Shown here one piece after another: positions 31,263-36,895 of a stretch of 36,895 nucleotides of DNA. Each line of letters begins with the position of its first letter. Within the stretch, counting starts at the first letter, position 1. A model generated the notes under the pieces. That model had not been told where the DNA came from, did no database searches, and saw only the letters and a list, made by a program, of their open reading frames with translations. Both the position numbers and the translations under genes were made by a program. This DNA comes from Pyrinomonadaceae bacterium (GTDB taxonomy: Bacteria; Acidobacteriota; Blastocatellia; Pyrinomonadales; Pyrinomonadaceae): the NCBI GenBank assembly GCA_035630035.1, contig DASQLL010000055.1, forward strand, positions 1 through 36,895, read 5' to 3'.

Positions 31263-31984
31263 CTCTTCACCGCGGGCGAGCCAAACACGTCGGCCGGGGG
31301 AATCTCCAGCACCGTGCCGGGTTCGGGTCGGCGCGGGTTGGAGACGAGGTTGGGGTTGGCGTCGGCGATGCGCCGCCACTCACCGGGGTCGCCGTACTCC
31401 TTCGCGGCGATGCTGTTGAGCGTGTCGCCGCGCCCCACGACGTGCTGCTTCGTCTGGTCGGACGACTGTAGGTTAAGCTCGCGGAGCTGATCCTCAAGCG
31501 TCTTGTACTCGCGGAATGCGACGGAGAGCGTCGCGCGCAGCGGTATGCCGTCGGGGTCGAAGAGCGTGAACTTCTGCTGCACGCTCTCGACGATGGCCTT
31601 GAAGTTGAGACCGCTGCCCCAGACGAAGCGGACGCGCGGCGCGGCGTGCGTCTTGGGCTGAATCTTGACGAGCCTGTAGATGAGGTCGGTCTTCTTCCGC
31701 ACGTCCCGCTCATAGGGGCCGGACTTCTCGGGGATTGTGGTGTCAAAGAACAGGTCGAGCGTCAGCTTCTCGTTCTGCCCGCGAATGAATTGCAGGATGG
31801 GCGAGTCGATGCCGGGGATGGCGATCTCGGCGATCTGCGCGCCCTTGCTCAGCGTGTACTCCGTCGGGTTGAACTGCACCTGGATGGTCGCTGGCAGCCC
31901 CGGCGAGGTTTGACCCGCCTGACCGGGCGACGTGTCCACCGCCTCGCGATCCAGCACTTCAATGATGGCTTTGACGAGCGCCAA
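31259..31984 (-). CDS. CIS tube-initiator-like protein with a C-terminal LysM domain (Cis7 position), 241 aa
   Basis: TTG start with GGAGTGAGG upstream. N-terminal MALVKAIIEVLD...IQVQFNPTEYTLSKGAQIAE...SPILQFIRGQNEKLTLDLFFDT. LysM: HVVGRGDTLNSIAAKEYGDPGEWRRIADANP. Confidence 0.85.
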   Translation of the reverse strand: MALVKAIIEVLDREAVDTSPGQAGQTSPGLPATIQVQFNPTEYTLSKGAQIAEIAIPGIDSPILQFIRGQNEKLTLDLFFDTTIPEKSGPYERDVRKKTDLIYRLVKIQPKTHAAPRVRFVWGSGLNFKAIVESVQQKFTLFDPDGIPLRATLSVAFREYKTLEDQLRELNLQSSDQTKQHVVGRGDTLNSIAAKEYGDPGEWRRIADANPNLVSNPRRPEPGTVLEIPPADVFGSPAVKR

Positions 31985-31993
31985 CCCCGCACC

Positions 31994-32191
31994 TCACTCC
32001 CCGACGCGCGCCGGCGGGGCCGCCCCGCGCCTGAGCGTCGTCGCCTCGCGCGACTTGCGCGCCTCGCGCTGCTTGCCTTCGAGCCGGCCGAGCACGATCT
32101 GCACGAGCTTTTCGATCTGCGCCTGCGTGAGCGGCAGCTCGCCCTCCACGACCGCGACCTCCTCAGTTAGCTCCTCGATGTGCACGGGCAT
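31994..32191 (-). CDS. Small 65-aa protein at the Cis6 position (unknown function)
   Basis: ATG at 32191 with GAGGAG upstream, 14 nt after the tube-2 stop and 9 nt before the LysM gene. MPVHIEELTEEVAVVEGELPLTQAQIEKLVQIVLGRLEGKQRE. The longer ORF-track version overlaps the tube gene and is rejected. Confidence 0.6.
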   Translation of the reverse strand: MPVHIEELTEEVAVVEGELPLTQAQIEKLVQIVLGRLEGKQREARKSREATTLRRGAAPPARVGE

Positions 32192-32205
32192 ATCCGGTTC
32201 GCTCC

Positions 32206-32646
32206 TCACTTCGTGCGTGTGAGCCCGCGGTGGCAGAGCTCGACCGTCTCGACGGCGACGCTGTTCTGCATCGCGTTCAGGTCGGGGCCGAGCCACTTGC
32301 AGGGGAAGGCGTCGCTGAACTGCCACTCCATCACGGCCGTCCCGCCCGACGGGTCGCGCACGGTGATGCTGCCGCTGCGCAGCAAAGTCAGCCCCTGTGT
32401 CAACAGCCAGTACCAGTCCCACATGGCCCTGTCCACGATGCCGCGCTTGAGCACGATGTTGGTCTGCTTGGTGCGCGTCGGGAACTTGAGGACGTGCGTG
32501 TTGAGTCCGCCCTCGTTATAGTCCTGCACCTCGGTTTCGAGTTGCAGCCCCGTGCAGTCGCTGAAGCCGGCGACCGGCATCGCCTCCAGCGTGACCTCGA
32601 AGCGGAAGGCGAGGAAGGGATCCTGGCGGTCTCCGGTCTTAGGCAT
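32206..32646 (-). CDS. Phage-tail tube protein, copy 2 (T4 gp19-like; Cis1/Cis5-type)
   Basis: 146 aa. DPFLAFRFEVTLEAMPVAGFSDCTGLQLETEVQDYNEGG is the conserved tube-protein opening. Confidence 0.9.
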   Translation of the reverse strand: MPKTGDRQDPFLAFRFEVTLEAMPVAGFSDCTGLQLETEVQDYNEGGLNTHVLKFPTRTKQTNIVLKRGIVDRAMWDWYWLLTQGLTLLRSGSITVRDPSGGTAVMEWQFSDAFPCKWLGPDLNAMQNSVAVETVELCHRGLTRTK

Positions 32647-34546
32647 TGATGGCCCCCGCCGTCTCGAAGAACTCCGCGCGTCCTTCGGTCTTACCGATGC
32701 GAACGATGACGAACTCAGCCGGCCACGGCGGCAGCAGCCCGATCTCGCAGATCATCCGCCCCTGATCGGTCTCGGAGGATGGGTTGGTTGTCTCGTCGCA
32801 GCGCACGGAGAAAGCCTCCTCGGCTGTCGCGCCGTCGAGCATGCCACGCAGCCAGAGCCCCTGGAGGAAGTTGCGCGCGACGCGGTCGAGCTCGCGCCAG
32901 AGGTTCTGGTTGTTCGGCTCGAAGACCGTCCACTGTGTCTGCTCGTCGAGCGCCTCCTCGATCATCGTGACGAGGCGGCGCACGTTGACGTATCGCCAGG
33001 CGGGGTCTTCGCTCAGTGTGCGCGCGCCTGCCACGCGGATGCCGCGCCTGGGGTAGTCGCGCAGGACGTTGACGCCTCGCTCGTTCAGGTCGCCGTGCGC
33101 GATGTCGTCGAGCGCGACGCGCACATCCTTCGCCGCCTCAAGCTCCTCGTTGGCGGGCGGCTTGTGGACGCCGACCCGGCGGTCGCCGCGCGCGTAGACG
33201 CCCGCGACGTGGCCCGAGGGCGGGACGGCGCGCAGGAGCCCCTCGATGCCGAGCGGATCCGGCACGAGCAGCCAGGGGAAGTAGAGCGCCGCGTACTTCA
33301 GGCCGTCGCCCGAGAGTCTTTGCAAGCGCCAGTCCACGACGGTCTCGGTCGTCAACCGCGTGGGCGGCGTGTCGAGGACGGCGAAGCGATCCTTGAGCTT
33401 CAGGCAGTGCGAGACGAGCGCCGACTGTAGTTGCGAAATTTCGTCCTCGTCGAAGCCGCGCGGGAACTCGGCCGGCTCTTCGGTTCGGGCCGGCACTCCG
33501 GTCTCCGGGTCGGGCTCGCCGCACCTGGCCGGCAAGGGCTCCGGGCCGGGTCCGTCTGAGTCCGGAGGCTCGGGTTTGGCGGCCGGCTCGCAGAAGTCCG
33601 AAGGCGTCAGGTTCGGGTCGAGCTTGGAGCAATCGAGCGGCGGCTCTTTCGGCTTCCGCGGCGAGATGAGAGCCTTCGGCATGATGTCGGGCATCGCGAC
33701 GATGCTGATCTCGTCAACCGTTTCGAGCGCCGCGAGCCCCCACGCCTGCACGACCGGCGAGCCCTCACCGCTGAAGTGTTTGGACGTGAGCGACGCGATG
33801 CCGTCGCGCCCGCAGTTAAGGTGGCCGCTGCCGCCGCGCAGGTTCGGCGCGTCCGGGTCGGGCGTGTTCTTCTGCGAGCGCTCTAGCGGGAGCAGGTCGG
33901 CGGCGCGCACGAGGCGCGAGCCGCCGCCGCGCACGCGCGCATGTTCGTCGGCCGCGGGCGAGCCCGCGCGCTTTTTCGCCCTGCCGGGGCAGGAGTCATC
34001 GTCCCTCTCGCCGTTGATCAACTTGCAGACATAGCGCGTGTCGCAGGGGTTCATCGAGAGGTCGCGCCAGATTTCGCGCACGTTGCCGAGTTGGAGCGTG
34101 AGCGTGAACCGGTCGCGCGCGGTGTGCACCAGCGAGAACGTGATGCGGTTGCCGGCCGCGCCGGGGTTCGCGTAGACGTGGTGCTGGCCGTCACTGCTGG
34201 TGATGTTGGTGATGGCCGTGAGCCTCAGGGCCGGCTGCTTCGTCTCGTCCAGCAGCACGAAGAAGGCCGGGCGCGCGATGTCGGGGTCGGCCACGCGGAC
34301 GACCCAGCAGGTCGCGCCGCCATTGGCGAAGAAGCCCTCGACCGCGTAGGCCAGGTAGCCGTGCTCGATGTGCTCGCCGAAGATGGAGGCGAACTGCGTC
34401 ATGCTCTCGATGCGGACGGGCGTGTGCAGCGGGCCGGCGGCGGCAATGCCGATGAAGCCCGCCACATCCGTCCGCAGCGGCCTGAGTGCGGGGACGCGCG
34501 TGTCCGGCCACTCGAAGTAGACTCCTGGTGTGCGGTAGGCCAGCAT
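32639..34546 (-). CDS. Contractile tail sheath protein, copy 2 (635 aa) with a Pro/Cys-rich insertion
   Basis: Start re-set to the ATG at 34546 (AAGGAG upstream); the ORF-track extension overlaps tube 1. MLAYRTPGVYFEW is a sheath N-terminus. The C-terminal PPWPAEFVIVRIGK matches sheath 1 (APVKPAEFVIFRISQK). Confidence 0.9.
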   Translation of the reverse strand: MLAYRTPGVYFEWPDTRVPALRPLRTDVAGFIGIAAAGPLHTPVRIESMTQFASIFGEHIEHGYLAYAVEGFFANGGATCWVVRVADPDIARPAFFVLLDETKQPALRLTAITNITSSDGQHHVYANPGAAGNRITFSLVHTARDRFTLTLQLGNVREIWRDLSMNPCDTRYVCKLINGERDDDSCPGRAKKRAGSPAADEHARVRGGGSRLVRAADLLPLERSQKNTPDPDAPNLRGGSGHLNCGRDGIASLTSKHFSGEGSPVVQAWGLAALETVDEISIVAMPDIMPKALISPRKPKEPPLDCSKLDPNLTPSDFCEPAAKPEPPDSDGPGPEPLPARCGEPDPETGVPARTEEPAEFPRGFDEDEISQLQSALVSHCLKLKDRFAVLDTPPTRLTTETVVDWRLQRLSGDGLKYAALYFPWLLVPDPLGIEGLLRAVPPSGHVAGVYARGDRRVGVHKPPANEELEAAKDVRVALDDIAHGDLNERGVNVLRDYPRRGIRVAGARTLSEDPAWRYVNVRRLVTMIEEALDEQTQWTVFEPNNQNLWRELDRVARNFLQGLWLRGMLDGATAEEAFSVRCDETTNPSSETDQGRMICEIGLLPPWPAEFVIVRIGKTEGRAEFFETAGAINA

Positions 34547-34602
34547 GAAAGCGTAGCTCCTTGCGCCCCGCCGACACGCGGGCAGGGGCGCGCTGCGGGG
34601 CT

Positions 34603-35037
34603 TCAGGTCATCTCGATGCCTTCGCAGACGAGCTCCAGCGTCTCGATGGCGACCTCGTTGGTCTTGGCGTTGAAGGCCGGCCCTTCCCACTTGCGCGGCC
34701 ACGCCTCGCGGAACGTCCAGCGCAGAGCTTCGGTGCGCGCCTCGTTCTTGAGGACGACGGCTCCGTCGCGGCGCTCGGTCTTGCCGTCAAGCACGGTCTT
34801 GCGCCACAGCCAGAGGTCGTGGTTGTCGGTGAAGCCGCGCTTCAGAGTGATGTTGCCGAACTTCTTCAGGCCGGGCAGCTTCTTGACGGTGATGTCGAGG
34901 TCGCCGGTACGGTACTCGATAGCGTCGGTCTCGGTGTTGAGGCCGGTGCACTCGGTGAAACCGGCGACGGGGATGCCGTCAATCTCGACGGTAAAGTTGA
35001 AGGCCGAATAAGGATCTTCGCGGTCTCCCGTAGGCAT
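34603..35037 (-). CDS. Phage-tail tube protein, copy 1 (Cis1-type)
   Basis: 144 aa. DPYSAFNFTVEIDGIPVAGFTECTGLNTETDAIEYRTG. GGAGGTGA SD. Confidence 0.92.
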   Translation of the reverse strand: MPTGDREDPYSAFNFTVEIDGIPVAGFTECTGLNTETDAIEYRTGDLDITVKKLPGLKKFGNITLKRGFTDNHDLWLWRKTVLDGKTERRDGAVVLKNEARTEALRWTFREAWPRKWEGPAFNAKTNEVAIETLELVCEGIEMT

Positions 35038-35054
35038 TTCTCACCTCCGCTTTT

Positions 35055-36647
35055 CTACTGTTGCGCCTCAATCGTCTTCTGACTGATGCGGAAGATAACG
35101 AACTCGGCGGGCTTCACCGGCGCGATGCCGATGTAGCAGATGAGCCGGCCGTTATCTATGTCGTCCTGCGTCATCGTCGTCCGGTCGCACTTGACGAAGA
35201 ACGCCTCCTCCTGCGTCAGCCCCATCAGCGCGCCGCTGCGCCAGACGCTAAGGAGGAAGTTCGAGATGCTACGCACCACTCTCGCCCACAACGCGGAGTC
35301 GTTCGGCTCGAAGACGACCCACTGCGTGCCCTCGTCAATTGACTCCTCGACGAAGAGGAAGAGCCGCCGGACGTTGACGTACTTCCACTCGCCGTTCGAC
35401 GACATCGTGCGCGCCCCCCAGAGCCGGATGCCGCGGCCGTCCGGGCGGAAGTCGCGGAAGCAGTTGACGCCGCGTGGATTGAGCACGTCCTGCGTGCCCT
35501 TGGGCACGGGAAACTCCAGGTCGCGCACGCCGCGCCCGACTTCGTTGGCCGGCGCCTTGTGGACGCCGCGCGTCACGTCCGTGCGCGCGTAGATGCCCGC
35601 CACGATGCCCGTCGGCGGGATGAGCCGCTGGTCGTTAATCGAGGGGTCGTAGACCCAGACCCACGGGTAGTAGAAGGCACCGTAGGAGGTGTCGCGCGGC
35701 GGGTTGAGCGGTGTGGGATTGTCGATGTCGCTGCGCCCCTGCACGACCGAGCAGATGGCGAAGCGATCCTTGAGCGCCTCGCACTGGTCGAGCACCGCAT
35801 CCGTGACCGGGCTCATGTTGCTGCGAACCTCGTCGGGGGCCATCAGGAGCGAGACCTCGTCTATGTTGGCGACGGCAGCGAGCCCGCGGCCGCGGCCGAG
35901 CAGGTCGGCCGTGGTCGTGCCCGTGAATATCGAGTCGTCGTTGCCGTTGAAGTCGCCAGCGTTGATGGGCGCGCCGTCCGAGCCCGTCGAGCCGACCTGC
36001 ACGAAGTTGCCCGTCGGCGCGAGCGGGCCCGGGCCGGCGCCGCTCCATTCGACGCGAACGAGGCGCGAAGAGGAGTTGATGACGGTGATGATGTTGTTGC
36101 TCGCTCCGGGCTCCTCGGTCAGGTTGTCGTAGACTTCGAGTACGTCCGGGTTGCGACGGTCGGTGCTGACCAGGTCGGCGGGGAGGGTCGAGGTCGGGTC
36201 GATAATGCTGCCGGGGAAGTTCGGGGGCGGCGTCCTGTAGTAGAGGACGTAGACGCGGAACATGGGCCGCAGCGGTGTAGAGCGTGTGGCGACGTCCACC
36301 TTGATCATGACGCGGTTGCCCCACGCGCCGTGCCCGATGGCGAAGACGTTCATGTTGTCCACGCTGCCGGTGGTCAGTCCCGCACCGGCGCCGACGATGC
36401 GGGCGACGTAGCAGCGCTGGCCGCCGTTGTCGAAGAAGCCCTGCATGGCGTAGGCCAGGAAGGACTGGTCGATATAGCTGCCGTACCAGCGCTGGAATTG
36501 GAGAAAGCTTGTGATCAGCTTCGGATACAAAGGCCCGCGCTCGGTCGCGCCGAGCATGGCGGCGGTGCTGGTGCTGACGCCCTCAATTGGGACTGGGCCG
36601 GTACTGATCTCCTCCACGTAGACACCGGGCGAAAGATACTCAGGCAT
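35055..36647 (-). CDS. Contractile tail sheath protein, copy 1 (Cis2-type), 530 aa
   Basis: MPEYLSPGVYVEEISTGPVPIEGVSTSTAAMLG is the canonical sheath N-terminus. The C-terminal domain carries GVNCFRDFRPDGRGIRLWGARTMS. AAGGAG SD. Confidence 0.93.
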   Translation of the reverse strand: MPEYLSPGVYVEEISTGPVPIEGVSTSTAAMLGATERGPLYPKLITSFLQFQRWYGSYIDQSFLAYAMQGFFDNGGQRCYVARIVGAGAGLTTGSVDNMNVFAIGHGAWGNRVMIKVDVATRSTPLRPMFRVYVLYYRTPPPNFPGSIIDPTSTLPADLVSTDRRNPDVLEVYDNLTEEPGASNNIITVINSSSRLVRVEWSGAGPGPLAPTGNFVQVGSTGSDGAPINAGDFNGNDDSIFTGTTTADLLGRGRGLAAVANIDEVSLLMAPDEVRSNMSPVTDAVLDQCEALKDRFAICSVVQGRSDIDNPTPLNPPRDTSYGAFYYPWVWVYDPSINDQRLIPPTGIVAGIYARTDVTRGVHKAPANEVGRGVRDLEFPVPKGTQDVLNPRGVNCFRDFRPDGRGIRLWGARTMSSNGEWKYVNVRRLFLFVEESIDEGTQWVVFEPNDSALWARVVRSISNFLLSVWRSGALMGLTQEEAFFVKCDRTTMTQDDIDNGRLICYIGIAPVKPAEFVIFRISQKTIEAQQ

Positions 36648-36666
36648 GTCGAATCTCCTTACTCAG

Positions 36667-36895
36667 CTATGCGAACCGGAAGGTCGGCACGACCGCGGTT
36701 GCCCGCGGCCTCACCTGCTGATTAGTTTTCGTCTGCGAACGCCCGTCGGGCAGAGTCGCCGTTACTTGAACCGCCGCCGCCCCCTGATTCAAGCCGAAGT
36801 AGTAGAACCAGGAGCCGTCCGCGGCAACGGACGTCGAGCCGGGCCGCCCCTGCACCTGCACGGTCGCGCCGGGGATGACGCCGCCCGCGTTCGAG
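36667..36895 (-). CDS. 3' end of an upstream operon gene (5' part outside the window); carboxypeptidase-regulatory-like beta-sandwich C-terminus
   Basis: The frame is open to the window edge: SNAGGVIPGATVQVQGRPGSTSVAADGSWFYYFGLNQGAAAVQVTATLPDGRSQ resembles CarboxypepD_reg-type repeats. Its stop lies 19 nt before the sheath start. Confidence 0.4.
   Translation of the reverse strand, partial: SNAGGVIPGATVQVQGRPGSTSVAADGSWFYYFGLNQGAAAVQVTATLPDGRSQTKTNQQVRPRATAVVPTFRFA

Noticed and set aside
3834-36895. Alternative readings of the cluster as a type VI secretion system or a myovirus prophage or tailocin.
   Set aside because: There is no TssB/TssC split sheath, no TssJ/L/M, TssA or ClpV, and no capsid, portal, terminase or lysis genes in 33 kb. 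The single-chain phage-type sheaths, LysM initiator, Afp15-like AAA+ ATPase and DUF4157 cargo fit eCIS. A prophage is only excluded as far as the window shows.
1-36895. CRISPR arrays, rRNA or tRNA genes, and large DNA-level repeats.
   Set aside because: I saw no regularly spaced 25-40 bp repeats and no structured RNA gene signatures. The only DNA repeats noted are the IS inverted repeats, the 27-nt coding repeats at 8269-8376 and the short leader repeats at 1-233.

Overview
High-GC bacterial window (hand counts: about 65% GC in structural genes, 43-48% in some cargo segments). One long minus-strand operon runs from the right edge (36895) down to about 3834. Its gene gaps are mostly under 40 nt and several junctions have start/stop overlaps. 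It encodes an extracellular contractile injection system (eCIS; Afp/PVC-like phage-tail particle). Read in operon order, the genes are: a partial upstream beta-sandwich protein, sheath, tube, a second larger sheath, a second tube, a 65-aa protein, a LysM tube-initiator-like protein, a gpD-like hub, a gpV-like spike, PAAR, gp25/GPW, baseplate J, and a gpI-like baseplate protein with an NHL-repeat N-terminus. Next come four consecutive proteins that share an N-terminal module I cannot assign (fibre position), a tape-measure-position protein and an Afp15-type AAA+ ATPase. The operon ends with two giant DUF4157/HExxH effectors, each followed by a small putative immunity gene, and a TPR protein. 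The window has no capsid, terminase or portal genes, no T6SS membrane-complex genes, and no DUF4255-type cap gene. The left 3.8 kb looks like a decayed mobile-element junction. It holds a tyrosine recombinase, a ywbE-like gene, two truncated genes, and a complete IS3-family element with imperfect 38-bp inverted repeats and a canonical A_AAA_AAG frameshift site. No rRNA, tRNA or CRISPR array was seen. All family assignments come from reading motifs by eye; no searches were run. Many ORF-track entries are GC-driven antisense or 5'-extended artefacts, and I re-derived starts from SD motifs and stop/start coupling.
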